Assembly (NCBI RefSeq): GCF_009914755.1
Contig: NC_060928.1
Length of the DNA stretch: 64,000 nt
Origin: the human T2T-CHM13v2.0 reference genome, Homo sapiens
Direction: 5' to 3' (one strand)
Shown: positions 33,058 through 52,241 of the stretch, piece by piece
Numbering within the stretch: the first letter of the stretch is position 1
Layout of the letters: every line of letters begins with the position of its first letter
The notes under the pieces: model-generated
Seen by the model: the letters and a program-made list of their open reading frames with translations, nothing else
What the model was told of the DNA's origin: nothing
The model's database searches: none
Translations under genes and position numbers: made by a program

Positions 33058-35209
33058 ATATTACAAATATTTTTAAGAGATTCTGATTTGGAGATATCAG
33101 CAAAACTTGTGGGACTAAAGGTAAGGTTCTGCTTGAAGACACATTTAAGCAGTGTCTTCAATTATTAGTTTGGAGATATTTGGGGATTTAGCATCATTGA
33201 AGCTAATAAATTCTTAGTTCTTATTTCTATTGATGCACAAAATAGAAGCCTTCAATTTTACTTTCAATAAAGACCATCTAAGTTAAAGATAAAATTGTTA
33301 GGTAGACAGCAAATAATTCAAATTAAGTTTCTTAGAGAAAAATGGGTCTAAATATTATTTTGGAGTGGGATGTAATTAGTTGCTGAGCAAGTTTCTCCCA
33401 AGATACTTGTGTCTGATCTACCATGCTAATACTGAAATATTTTTAAAATTTCTATCCTCCCTCATTCCCTTACACATAAACTTCTAAAATTCTTACAACA
33501 TAGCCATATTAGTTTAATTTATGGCAAAATTATATGTAGACATTGTTTGCCCATTTCATAAAGAAGATTCAGATTCTATATGGAAGCAGAGCTTTTAACT
33601 CCCTTATTACCATAGTTAACTATATAACATAGTTAAACCGATAGTTCCCTAAGAAAACACCTAATCAGGTACAATATTTTCAACTTAATTATGGTTAATT
33701 AGTGATCAAGGTAACATCAGTAAATGAAATCCTTAGTGGGCACATGCAGATTGCTTTAGTCATCTATTCCAGATTTTATCAACCTTGTATCAATGCTGAT
33801 TTTAATAAAAAGTTGAACAATTTGTATTTTATGTATTTCCTCAATCTGTATTCAGGCTCAGAACAGTTAATATAATGTAAGCAAAATTCACATATAAACA
33901 AAAAGATTAAACAAAACCCTAGGTCCTATTTCGGTGGAGTACGCAAAGCCTGAGGTCTTGTCTATGGACAGTAACACAGAAATCCTTATGGTGCTTGACT
34001 ACCTATGTAAGTGAAGATTGTTGAGTTAGAGGCAGGAAAATATATTTAGGCAGCTGAGAAGGAGAAAGAGAATTCAGGGAAGCAGAAGAGCCAGAGATCA
34101 GGGGTCTAGGAAACTTTGATCAGAAAACAAATGTCAGCCCTTCAGAGGTCATTAAAGTAGGGCCAGGAGCTGTAGACAGTGAGGAGGTTCTATGTTGCCA
34201 TATGGCAGGTTAAGAGTAGATCTGAGTGTTGCCATAGCAGTGTTCTGGATCACTTTTTCCCTTCTGTTAATGTTGGAGCCTCTGGGTTTTAAAAGGTTGA
34301 TGCCTTTCTAGTTACACCTTCTTTTAGTTAAAGGTAATAGGGTTTCATCAAATAGCTCAGAGTTGAGATCAATTGGTGGTAGTGGTGTGTTCTTGACATC
34401 CTAGTAAATACTTACGTAGTCCAAGGATTGAATTGTTTTGAAGTCTTGAGAGGTTGTTATTAGTTCCTAGAGTTTCTCAAACGAAGTTCTTACCTATTAA
34501 GTCATCTTTTGGCTCTATTAAAGAATTTGAGAAGTCAAATTTTCTAGAGAATCCATTTAAGTACTGTTTTTAAGATATTTTCTTTGGGGATAGTAATTTT
34601 TTTTTAAGAATTTGCCTCAGTATCCTTATTTTAACCCTTTCAGTGTGATGCTATTTTGGGAATTACCATCCAATCTTAACCTTGATGATCTTTTACTATC
34701 ATATGTGATATAAAGTCATTTTTTAAATTAATATTTTAGATCTCTTTAAGAGTGTACTTTTAATATCCATACAGTTTTGGTGTTACCACTTCTATTTCCC
34801 AAGTTTGAAAAATAAAAGAAAAAAAATTAGGCTTTGCTTAAATGGCAATCATTGCTGTTATGAAAAAAAATGTATGTCTTTTCAGGGATAACAGGCACCT
34901 ACATGAGTACTAGAAGTCATGGAGTTTACTTCTGGTGAGCATTTAGTGATCTTACTAGCATCTCAAAAGTTCTTGGTTTACAGGTCCTTAAAATCAATTT
35001 TTAAAATATTTAGGTGTTTTTTTTGGTCCTATCTAAAGGAAGCTCTATTTTAAGCAAAATACCCTTAATAAAAGAAAAGCTGGAAGTTGGGGTTAATGCC
35101 AAAATAGAACCTTCCTTATCCTTTTTCACTTACTTAAAATTAGAGACTATCTTCATCTTCATAATGGCAAGGAATGACCTCTCTTATCTCACTGGAAACT
35201 CATTACCTA

Positions 35210-35562
<353 letters not shown>

Positions 35563-35619
35563 TTATTTTTAGGGATCTGTAATCTGTAGGATAGTGAGTG
35601 AGTTTAATGGGTAGAATCC

Positions 35620-36043
35620 TGATATAGTTTGGACATTTGTCCCTGCCAAATCTCATGTTGAAATGTAATCCCCAGTGTTGGAGTTGGGGTCTGGTGGGAG
35701 GTGATTGGATCATGGCGGTGGATTTCTCATGAATGGTTTAGCACCATTCCCTTGGTGCTGTCTTCGCAATGGTGAATGATTCCTCACCACATCTGGTTGT
35801 TTAAAAGTGTGTAGCACCTTCTTGCTTTCGCTGTCTTGCTCCTGCTCTTGCCATGGGATGTGTCTGCCTCTGCTTCGTCCTCAGCCATGAATAAAAGTTC
35901 CTTGAGGCCTTCCCAGTAGCCTAGCAGATTCTGGCACCATGCTTGTAAAGCTTACAGAACTGTGAGCCAATTAAACCTCTTTTCTGTATAAATTACCCAG
36001 TCTCAGGTATTCCTTTATAGCAGTGCAAGAATGATCTAAACCA
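35620..36043 (+). mobile_element. MaLR solo LTR (MSTA/B type)
   Basis: tgatatagtttggacatttgtccctgccaaatctcatg...aattacccagtctcaggtattcctttatagca, about 425 bp. Confidence 0.9.
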
Positions 36044-38949
36044 AATATAGACTGGAGGGTTAGAATAGATAGGTTCTATATTAAATATTTGCTATATGGA
36101 GATATCTTGGGTCATTCAGTATCACTTATTTTTAAGTAAGTCTTTTCTATCTTCACAATCTCGTTATCTGTTTAGTAATAAAGCAAACTATCAAGGCGAA
36201 TAGTACTTCTCTTTCTAAAAGTCAACTCTGTTTTGAATCTGGGTCTTTCAGTATTGCCACTGCTTTTCTTTGGAGGATTCTTTGCATTGTAGAAGTGGAA
36301 TAAACAAAATCAAGGAGATCAAGGAACGTCCTGGAGAGTTAGAGTTTTGAAGAAGAAAGTCCTGGAGAATACTTAGTGGAAAGAGGAAGGTAGTCTTATC
36401 TGTATTGATAATTCACCTTGTTATATAATTTATTAGCAAATAATTTTAAGCAGGGCATCTCTTCTGTGTTTGTGTAATACTGATACAAGTGGTATTTTTT
36501 TCTTACTTGTATGGCTATTGGAAAATTTTTAAAACAGGGATGAAGAACCTGTCACTAACATGTGCCACTGATTTAATTTCATCAGATTTGTGTACTGTTG
36601 TTCTGGACAAAAATGATTAAGGTTGTTTTTTTTTTTTTTTTTTTTTTTAAACAGGTCTTTTTGAAAGCCTCTTACATGCTAAGTGTGCTTTCCTAAGCAT
36701 TCTGGAGCTAAAGATAAATAAAACATTGTTTTTTTGTTTAAGGAGTCACAGTCTAGTGATGAAGGCAGATACACAAATTCTTTGCATAGGTTATTTTGGG
36801 AGTAGAAGAGGAAAAAGGTATGCTTCCCTGACCTCAGTTGTAAACCCTTTGCAGAGTTTGTGTCAGAGAGGGGCACAACATGAGCAAACTCCTCTTAGAA
36901 AAATAGCATGTGGTGGTTTAATGGCAGGTAGTTCTGTATATTGTTTGCTTTCATAATTTCAGTGTGACTTAGGAAGAATTAAAGGAGTTGAAAAGATGTA
37001 AACATTAGTTAATTAAAATTTCATTAGTCCTGTTTCTTAAAACTTTGCTTTTTTTTCTTAGTGCAACTATGTTGGATATATCTGCTTTTCCTCTGAGCAA
37101 GTATTTTTTTCCCAGATGAATCCATCTTGATTTGTGTGGACCATTTTGTGTGTGAATATTCATTCTTACAATATCTTTTGTACTTACTTATTTCAGTATT
37201 CATTTTGTAATGGACTTGTATATTGCTTCTTATATTTGACTTTGAAATGGCGTACATCAGTAGAATCTTGCATTTTTTTCTGGTAATTGAATAGTATTTA
37301 GTAGATATATATTCTAAGCATGATAGTCGCTGTTAGCTTATCCTTCTTTTCAAATGAAGCTTTTATTTCTGTTATCACTTGTAAATTTGTTGTTGAAAGT
37401 TACACTTTTGTGAAAGTATACTATTGTGAGAAGTTTTAATCTGAAAAATATTTGGTGCTTTTTTTCTTATGAGCTATTATTATTTCCAGATTGATGGGCA
37501 GAAATGCAAAAATAAAAAATAATTTCAGATAAAAATATTCCAAACCATTGCTTTGAAATAAAGAGAAACTTTCTCCAGGTTTTTTTAACTTAAGAAATAA
37601 TTCTAGGAGGCACTTAAGCCAAACATGAAATAATGATTCTATGATATTATAATGGAGTTATAAATTATAAATAGAAGAAAAATAATACTTTTCAGAATTT
37701 TTTTCCAGTTTTAACTACAGCTCTAACTTGGATGATACTATTCAAACTCATATTTTAAAGAACAAAGGTAATTTGCAAAATTTCTTTTAAAATTTACCTA
37801 CTTAAATGAGAAATAGGCATCAGGATCAACATTTTACACATTTGTTTTCATATGACCAAGTGGTGACCAAAATTCCATTAACTCAACTATGTGTCTTTGA
37901 CCCTCTGAGAGGGCTTAGTCCTCATGAAAATGTATTTGTATTACTCTTGAAGTTTACTTTTTTTTTTCTGAAAGACCATTTAAATGAACATTTAGCATTA
38001 CTTATAATTCTCATCTTACAAACACTTGTATTAATGCACCATATATATTATGGAGTTAGTACAGTGAGAGAAGCAGCTTAATAGAATGATTACCAGAATA
38101 AAAGTATAAGAATTGAGAATCCTTTCTCAGCCATCAACAAATTGTGTGACCTTAGAATGGCAAATGAATTGTTTAGTCATTGGACTTCAATGTCCTCAGA
38201 TCTAAAATATCAGGATTTTATTTAGTAAGTTTTAAGGAATCTTTTTTCTAAAAAGATTATGGTTTCATTTAAAATATGGTCAAAATCCTATGTAGAACCA
38301 AAAATAATACTTTAAAATATTTTATGTCTGCAGAGATACATATTTGAGTACAAGTAGTTTAAAACCAACAGCTGCTTTTGCAAGAAATAATCCATCAGTT
38401 TAATATCCCTTCCTTTATAGAATTCAAAGCTTATGCCCCCCTACTTCACAGCAGAACAGCTGGAAAAAAAAATAAATAAATAAAAGATTCAGTCAGTCAA
38501 CTGTTTTATTTGCATAATGACAACTAATTGTTTTTCAGTTATTTTCTTCTCTGAATTTGCTAATCAATTACTATAGCCAAAACCAAGGTTTTTAGAAAAC
38601 AAGTTAACTACTTAAAAGTTTGGAAACTAAATTTTCTTTTTGTAACAGAGGATCTAGGAAAATAATGATGTGTATCAAAACATGCCATGTGGGGAGTATC
38701 TGTCCCATAGGTTTATTAACTGATGAAGGTGATCCTTATTATTTTATTTACTTCATAAATCTATTTGATCATGCTTGATTCTTTACCCTATAACTTCTTA
38801 ATGTCTGGTTAATACGGTCCTAAAATACTCCTTCTAATAAACTAGTTTTAATAGCAGCTACTGCTGTATTAATCTAATGTCTAATCTTATTTAATTCATA
38901 TTTTTAAAAATGGTTTTAAAAATTTCCCTTTATGTCAGATGCCATTAGC

Positions 38950-38982
38950 AATTGTGTGTATATGTTAAATATACACACAATT
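38950..38982. repeat. Perfect 14-bp inverted repeat with 5-nt loop
   Basis: aattgtgtgtatat-gttaa-atatacacacaatt. Confidence 0.95.
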
Positions 38983-38990
38983 AAATGTTA

Positions 38991-39092
38991 GTAGCAGTTC
39001 ATAATTTTGCCACATGATGTCCCTAAATACATATTTTGAATGTAGCAGTTCATAATTTTGCCACATGATGTCCCTAAATACGTATTTTTAAT
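38991..39092. repeat. 51-bp tandem duplication
   Basis: gtagcagttcataattttgccacatgatgtccctaaatac.. occurs at 38991 and 39042, with about 2 mismatches. Confidence 0.95.
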
Positions 39093-39382
39093 GTGGCTTT
39101 AAAAGGAAATTTAATGTTACGTTGATTTGTAGCTCCTCTTTGTCTTACCTTTCTTTTTTTTTTAGAATCAGAAAAATCTCTGTGAAATGCTCTACTTAGT
39201 CTTCTTCAGCCTATCATGCCCTTATCTCTGCTTCCTGTTTAATATTTAGTAGACAATTTTTTATGCTGTAGCAGTGTAATTAAGTGAATGGACTCATGAA
39301 TAAGGAGACAGAAGATGTAGAATGATGGTTTCACTATGGCGAATTTATTTTATGCTTTTAACTACTTTAAAATTCAGTGTTT

Positions 39383-39455
39383 CTTCCAGGCCTTTTAGGT
39401 AAAATCAAACATAGTATCTGCCCTTACTAGTTAATATCTGATATATCATCAATCC
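39383..39455 (+). pseudogene. Old 3'-truncated U2 snRNA pseudogene fragment
   Basis: cttccaggccttttaggtaaaatcaaacatagtatctgcccttactagttaatatctgatatatcatcaatcc aligns colinearly to U2 nt ~5-78 with one gap. Confidence 0.75.
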
Positions 39456-42400
39456 CAGAGCATTTCTTCCTCTTTCCAAGACCTGGTAGTACCTTACCTC
39501 CAAGAATGGTTCACTTTCCTGTGAAGCTTCAAAACAGAAGGACAATAATTAAAAACCTTAGTATCCCCAAATAATTAGAAACTTTAAATCACCAGAATAT
39601 TAATAACTCCTTGGATTTTCATGCTCCTTAAGTGACAGTATTTGGTTAGAGATGTATTAATGACATGCGGGTCCTTATTTGTCTCATATATAGCAAGTAA
39701 CATTTGAGCTATAAGAATGGCCTGCATATGAAATTTTATGTACACAATAGTTCATATTTTAAGAAAATAATTTGGGTAACTAAATAAATTTAGTTTGCCT
39801 ATACATTGCTTTGATTCAGTAAATATAATCTTTGTACTACACTAATAATATTATCAGCTCTACTATAATTATGTTTATAACTTTGGATTAAAAAGTATAT
39901 AAGAGTACAATCATCAGAAAACATCAATCTCTTAAACAGTTGTATTGCCTGATAATTTGGTTTTTGTACTTTGTTACTATTCTTGTGTGTTTAAACAGTA
40001 TACCTTGATTTCTGTACACAAATTCAAGGGATTGGCACTTATTTAAATAAAATGTAAACCATGATATAAAACTCCACCTTTTTATAGAGTAGATAAATCT
40101 TTGTTGACCTATGCTTTACTTTTTCTTTTGTGCAATTTGATTGTCCTTCCATTATATAGTCTAAGGATGTTTTTATTAGAGTTACTTTTTTTCTTTGTAC
40201 TTTTCTTTAATCCTGTTTTGTATATGGATTTTTGTAAGACCGAAGCCCATTTACTTAATTTTTTTCTTGTTAACTTTGTTTCAACAATACATAGTTCCAG
40301 TCTGCTTGTTTACTGGCCAGATTATGGGGTAAATGAATATCCACAAAATTTGCAGCATATGTGCCATGTATGTGGACGGCTTTTTTTTTCCTGCTGCTGC
40401 CCAGTTAATTTTTGGTCCAAGGGTGACCAAATCTGTAGTTACGAATTTATGAAAGTATTGGATAATTTGGGGCACAGAAGTTATAAGGTTCCAGGTGAGC
40501 CATTATCAATCTTTGGAAAACAGGTTAAGATTCTGTTCTGCACTATAAATAATTCAAGCAGTGAAATGCTTGTTAATTTAAAGGCATTTCACCTGTATAT
40601 ATGTGTGTACATGTGTTTCCTTGAGAGAATAAGAATCCCTTAAGGGATTCCTTGGTGTGAACTTAGGTGTGTGTATCAAGTATAGAAATAGTGATTATAC
40701 CAGAACATTGAAACATTATTTCTTTTCACTTAAGAATTAAAGGGAAAGAGGCAATACTAAGCAAAAATATGATTGCTTTCACTGTGAAGGCACTCACTTA
40801 GTTTCGGAGAGGGATTTACAAATGAGATAGTAATGATTTTCTCTATTTCTTAATATTTTCCCTATTTTACTTAGTAGATAGACTTAAGATTTTTAAGTTA
40901 TTGTATTGAAATACATATATGTATGTGTGACTCTTCTATTTCTCACTAATATACTAGTGTTCTAAAACTCACTTTTATTGATTTTTTTATATCTTTACAT
41001 TTTATTTTCTTATTTATGTATTTTTTTATTGTGATTTATGCTCCAGGCAGGGTGTTGCTACATTAGCTAATGTGGCTTGGGAGAAGGATGGACAGGGTTT
41101 TCATCAATCCTCTGAGGCCTTGGAAAGCAGCTTGATGATATCAGATGCTCTCATTTGAATTGATATATTGGAGAATTATTTCATTGCCTTTAGATTTAAT
41201 CAGAGTTTTTCTGTAATGATTTTTAATTTTAGTTTTTTTATTCTGAAATTATTTATAATGAGTTTTCTATGACAAAAACTTGTATAATCAACTCCCAAGT
41301 ATTTAGATAGGAGGCATGAAAAATGGAAAGGAAATAATCTGAATATAGTTAGCTTACTTGTTTATCCTAGAATGCTCTTTAAATATATAGTATATTGATT
41401 CTAGAAATTTACACAAATTCAATACAAAACCCAGCTTAGGAAAAGTTGGAAAGATGTTCAGTTTCTCCTCCACTCAATTTCTTAACCTGAAGAGATGACA
41501 TTGTTTCATACTGATGCAGTGCACTTACCTAAGTATTACATTAGTCTGCCCTCTGTTTTTTCTTCATGGTTTTTACTGGTAAGGGTAGGTTGTTCACTTT
41601 CATTCCTGCCTCATTCCACAAAAGATTTGAGGTGGCTCCTTAAAAATATGTAAAATACAAAAGGATTCAGATTTTAAATTGGAGAAATTGAGACAATTGG
41701 AAATTATGATTAGGAAAATAAAGCCAAGCAAAACCAAACAATAGGTTGTTTAGGGATAGATGATTATGAGGTAAAACCATAAAAATGCCAGGGAATTACT
41801 AACATTTAAAAGTTACTACTTGGAGGGAGAAATTGGAAAGGATTCAAAGGGACTTCTGAGGTACTGGTAATTTCCTATTTCTAAACCTGGGTGGTGAGTA
41901 CATGTTTTCATTTTTTTAATTATGTAAGGCATACACATCTATATTGTATATATTTCTCTGTTTCTATATTTCATTATTAAATTGGGAAAAAATGAAAGCC
42001 AGCCAAGGGTGAGAACTTGTGTTATTTTGTCAAAATTGGAATAAGAGTCTTTCTACTCTAGAGAGTCTCAAATTAATATAACTCAAGGTAAAATAGGAAA
42101 GTTACATAGTATCAAGGCTAAATAATTTTATTATACTCAGACTATATTTGGAATGTTTTGGTTGCTTTTGGGCACCACAATTTAATTCAACCTTGACAAC
42201 TTGGGTGAGCTTGGAAACGCCGTAATATGTAATAGGACAGTGAACAACTGAAATATTTGGAGCTGTTTAGTGTGTAAATACTAATACTCACAGAGGAAAT
42301 GTGATTGCAGTTTTCAAATGTTTGAAGTGCTCGCACGTGGAAAAAAGACTTTAGTCTTTATCTTTGGAGCTCTAGGAAGTGGACTTAAGTCTAAAAGAGC

Positions 42401-43084
42401 AAAGTTTTAAGGAGGTAGATTATGGCTTAATATAAGTCAGAACTATCTAAGCCTTTCAGCTGCTAAAAATTCTCTCAGTACAAAACAACAAACAAAAATA
42501 ATTTTTTAACATTTATTTTAAATCCATGAAATATATGGGGGAAGGAAAGAGTCTTTACTAGACTATTGTAACTCAGAATTATGTTCCCTAATACCACTTG
42601 GAATATAATGGCCTTGCCATTTTCAAGCCCTCTGAGAAATTTACTTTTTAATTTACTTTTTGCAAACTGATTAAGAAAGTTTGATTTGGGAATTTTTATT
42701 CTCGTAAGAATATCCCTTTTGCTTACTATTCATTCCTTTAGGCTTCTCATGTTTAGTTTATTAACTGGCAGATGGCTGATTGTTAAATCTTGTTAAAATG
42801 TGTTCCTTCAACAAATACTTACCTAAGGCTGTTTTGTGTAAAGTTATGAGGATCACTGTAGTGAATTAGACACAGTTGCTGCTTTCATAGACCTTACATT
42901 CTATTGAGACCAATATTCAGTTAGAGTTCTGATAAATGCTCTGAAGTAGTACGGGGTGTTATGAGAACATACAATTGGATGACCTGACCTAAACTGGTAT
43001 TGGGGTCAGGAAATGGTACATTGCACTTTAGAAAGAATTTCAGGAAAAGGAAATTAAGTACTATGGCATAGCATATAGGCAACA

Positions 43085-43300
43085 CAGGAAAAAAGAGTAT
43101 GGCATTTCGAGCCAGATTTCCTGGGTTCACATTCTAGCTTCATTACTTACTTGGGAAAGTTACTTAACTTCTCTGTCCTTCAGTTTCATCATTTGTAAAA
43201 TAGGAATGATGATAACAGTATCTCATAGGGTAATTACATGTATTAAATGAGTTAAAATTATAAAGGGCCCAGAACATTCCCTTTTATATATACTAAGTAC
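43085..43300 (+). mobile_element. MIR
   Basis: ctgggttcacattctagct...aagttacttaacttctctgtccttcagtttcatcatttgtaaaataggaatgat. Confidence 0.7.
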
Positions 43301-43420
43301 CATGTAAATAGTGAAGAATAATTATTCAGAAAACAAATCCAAGATACCAGTTTCCAATCATATGTAATATAAATATTAGAAATAATAATAGTTAAGACTA
43401 CATGTTAGATTTTGTGCTAA

Positions 43421-43808
<388 letters not shown>

Positions 43809-46679
43809 TGTTGTAGATAGGATTTTAATGTTGACACTTCTTTACTTTTTTTTTTTTTTTTTAACAAACAGGCTTCAGTATGTTAAATAATTTGCCCAAG
43901 ATCCTAGTTAGCATAAGAGGCTGTGCTCTTAACTGCCATCCTTTGTAAATTCACATGATTCCAATGAAAAACTGGTTTTTGTCTAATATTAAACATTTGG
44001 TAACAGACAGTGGACTTGTGAAATATTATTGGCAAATTATGTTTCTGTAAGTTAAAATACAATGAGATGGGCTTTCAGTCCTGCCTTACCTTTTTTCCAG
44101 AGACTATTTTGGCTTTAGGAAACCTACAGGCCCATGTACCAGACCCCACTCCATTGTAATGTTGACCTGAGACATCTGGTTGAATTCTGAGTTATCCTGA
44201 GTTAGAAAAATCTTGTAAACATATCTTGTTTACAAGGTAGCTTCATGATTTTTAAATTTACCCTAGGATCAGCATTGCCAGCCAATGAATGGCATGTGTC
44301 AAGGTGGCAGATGATATATGTCTTTCCCCCATCCAGATTCTAGACAGAACATCAAACAGGCAAAGTTTGTTTGTATCTATTTCCTGGTCCCCTGTTACTT
44401 GGTACTCATTTTACTCTGATTATATTCAAAACATCCCAATACATAGTTTAGCCATATAATTTATCAGTCCGAATAGGTTTATGCTTTTTCATTGTTACTT
44501 CCTTAGGAACCTATCATGGCTTGCTATTGTAGTATAATCAAATACTCTGAACTCCACATTCTCCTGTTCAGAATGCTGTACTGTTTGGCCCCACTTAACC
44601 TAACCGTAGCCATACATTTCCTGCTGTGATCATCTGAATTTGCCATGCTCATTGGTAGGTCTAGGCCTTTCCCATTGCTGTGCACTGTGCTTAGAATATT
44701 CTGCTTATCCTTATATACTTTTATATTAAGCTGTTATTGGACATAGTAACCCAAAATGACTTTTTCTTTATGATATTACTCAATAATTTTTATATTTTTT
44801 ATTTACTCAAAATTTTTCTTCCATCAGTGTATATAAAGCCAGTGGACTGTATGATTTGTTGTTATTCCCTGCATTATATGGGTGAGTACTGTCTCCTTTA
44901 GTACTCAGCATATGGTGCTTTCCAAATAGCAATCTACATGCTATAAAGTTAAAAGATAAAGATTACAAGGAAAGATACATTTCGGCTGTGCTTTGAGCAG
45001 AAAGAAGAAAGGATTGGGAAAGAAATATATGAGATAGGAAGTTGACAGGTATAAACACAGGCATGGTTAAATTATGAATGGTGGTTAATGGGCTGAAATA
45101 TCTGTGTATATGTCACCAAAGTAAAAATTACCAGTATATAATTTTTAACATGCTAATGTTGGAGGTTTCAAAATAGTAGAAACCCCTGAAATATAGACAG
45201 GGGCATATGGATGATTTTATATTGGATATGTGTATATTATATATATGTATATAAATTTGTATAGTGGAATAGGAGATTAAGGTTGTAATTGTTATTTTTA
45301 AACCCTCTGAGAAAACCTTTGTGTTTATATCAACCAAATACAGTATAGAATATAATGATTTATGTGCAATTTTTAAATTTCTTTTAAAATTCATTATATA
45401 ATCCACAGTTATATCTAGCATAATCTATAACGTTTGATCAAGGCTTCACAAATAGGAAATGTCAGTCGCTTATTGTATGTTATTTCTAATCTTAGTTTAT
45501 TACTAGCATTATACTTTTATATTCTTCTACACAGGTGTAGACTGAGAAGATGGTGGTGTTCCTTTCAGTTTAGTTTCCTAAAAATAGGAAGAAAGCTTGA
45601 AAATTCCAGGTGCTAATATAGCAGGCTTATTTGGAATACACCGGAATCCTGTGCACTCAGTTATTTTCTGTCTTCAAAAGAAGAAATAGTATGACATATC
45701 TGAGAGTCTGAAAATAATTTTTATCTTTCATATCATTTACTTTAAAATTTATATGGAATTTTCTGTCAAACTAAAGACCAGTAAAATCTTCAAAGATATA
45801 GAATATGCTTTTGTAATTAGTTTCAGTGACATTTTAAACTTCATCACATCTTTGTAGAACAAGTCATCTATCTACAATGTTATGTTTTGTTGAAAATAAT
45901 GAAAATTAGGAGCCTACTTAGATTTTTACTTAGTTTTCCCTTATTTTGGCCCTTATTCCTGCATAACTTATAGAAAACTAAATATAAAACATTTAATGAT
46001 TCCCATTTTACAGAGAGGTGGTAAAGATCCTGACTCTGGTCTCTGAAGTTTAATTTATCCTATTCTTATTCTCCACTTTTTGACATGCCTTTTCTTTCCC
46101 CTAGTCTCTTTCTTATTGTCTTGCCTACTAAATAATCACTTTTGAAATAATTTCTCAGAATATATTCATTAACAGTTGTTGCTTTTTAAAAAGGAATGAC
46201 ACAAATAAGATGGTAAATTAAATTGGGTGAAAGTACCAGTAAGTAGCAACCTTGCATTTGACAGGAAATTGAGACTCTGCTGCTAAGTTTTTGCTTTTGT
46301 TGTGAGAATGATCACCATCTCTTCTATATGCCGACAGAAATTTAATTCTTATACATTGGTAATTTAAATCCCAGCATTTTTCCTGTTAAATTTGATTTCA
46401 TTCAAACCAAAGATTAACAAAGCTAATTCTAAAACTCCAGGTGGTAGATAGTGAAGGCCATTATGAAGACAAGAATTGTTCTGTATTTAATAATATTTCT
46501 ATGTAGCATCTGTATTGAAAATCATTATAGTTTTTAAATTAGTCTGAATCACATATGCTCTATTTTGGTAGTAACTATAAAGTGATTTTATATTTTATCA
46601 TAATTATACATTATCAACTTCTCCTTTATATATATCACTGGCAGGTTTTTATCCCCTCCCCCCCTTTTTTTTAAAACTC

Positions 46680-51400
<4,721 letters not shown>

Positions 51401-52185
51401 CAAGAGGGTTGATTAGTGTTACCTAGTTCATCATGTAAAAACAGAAGATATTGTGATTATTTTTATACTGAATTATAATCTTTAGATGGTTATTTTTATA
51501 TCTAGTTTTCTATAGGTTATCAGAAATTTTTCATTTGTTTATACTTTTATACACAATTTCTTAGCATAGATTTGGATATACATCCATAACAGAAAGCTTT
51601 AAGGCATATGAAGAGGTAACCACTAAAATAGATGGATGCCCACAGTTGTACTATATATGACTAAATTAGATTTCAAGTAGATAAAATTTAGCTGTTGGGA
51701 AGAAAGATTTAAGTTTAGTATTATTTTGGCCATCTATCTTTTTTAAGACAGCAAGGAAATGGTGTTTCATATGTAAAATAACTACACCTTATACAACATT
51801 TCTATTTCCCAAATTTACTTAGATTCTTTGGCTTTCTGCTTATCAGAAATTGGGTGATCTCATTTGTTTTTAGAGTCTCTTCTTTATCTTAGCAGGGTAG
51901 TAATATTTAGAAAGATAAACGATAATTTGTTTAGAAAGATAAATTTTTTTCTGATAATGTATTAATCATAATTTTCATTCAAATATCAAAATACTCTTCT
52001 CTTTGTTCATCTTTATAGAACTCCAGAAATAACTATTTGCCCCTTACTTCTTTTTCTCTAAATTTGTTTTTTTATTTACTGATCAAAAGGTTTTTAACTA
52101 AAGTTACCAAGGATTCCATGCACTTCCAAGATAGGGATAACATCAATCTAAAGACTCAATTATTTTCTGTCTTCACTGCTTACAG

Positions 52186-52241
52186 ACAGGGAACACAATC
52201 TCTTCAGCCTGGACCTGTGTAGAAGAATTTGGAGAAAATAA
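52186..52241 (+). CDS. RBM46: RBM46 alternative exon (52186-52245) giving tail DREHNLFSLDLCRRIWRK* (485-aa isoform)
   Basis: Pyrimidine tract plus tacag| acceptor and consensus donor CAG|gtaaga. In phase with exon 4. TAA at 52239-52241; 467+18=485 aa. Confidence 0.8.

Noticed and set aside
40101-40643. 180-aa ORF in intron 4
   Set aside because: Non-ATG start, Leu/Phe-rich from T-rich DNA, no motif and no convincing exon boundaries.
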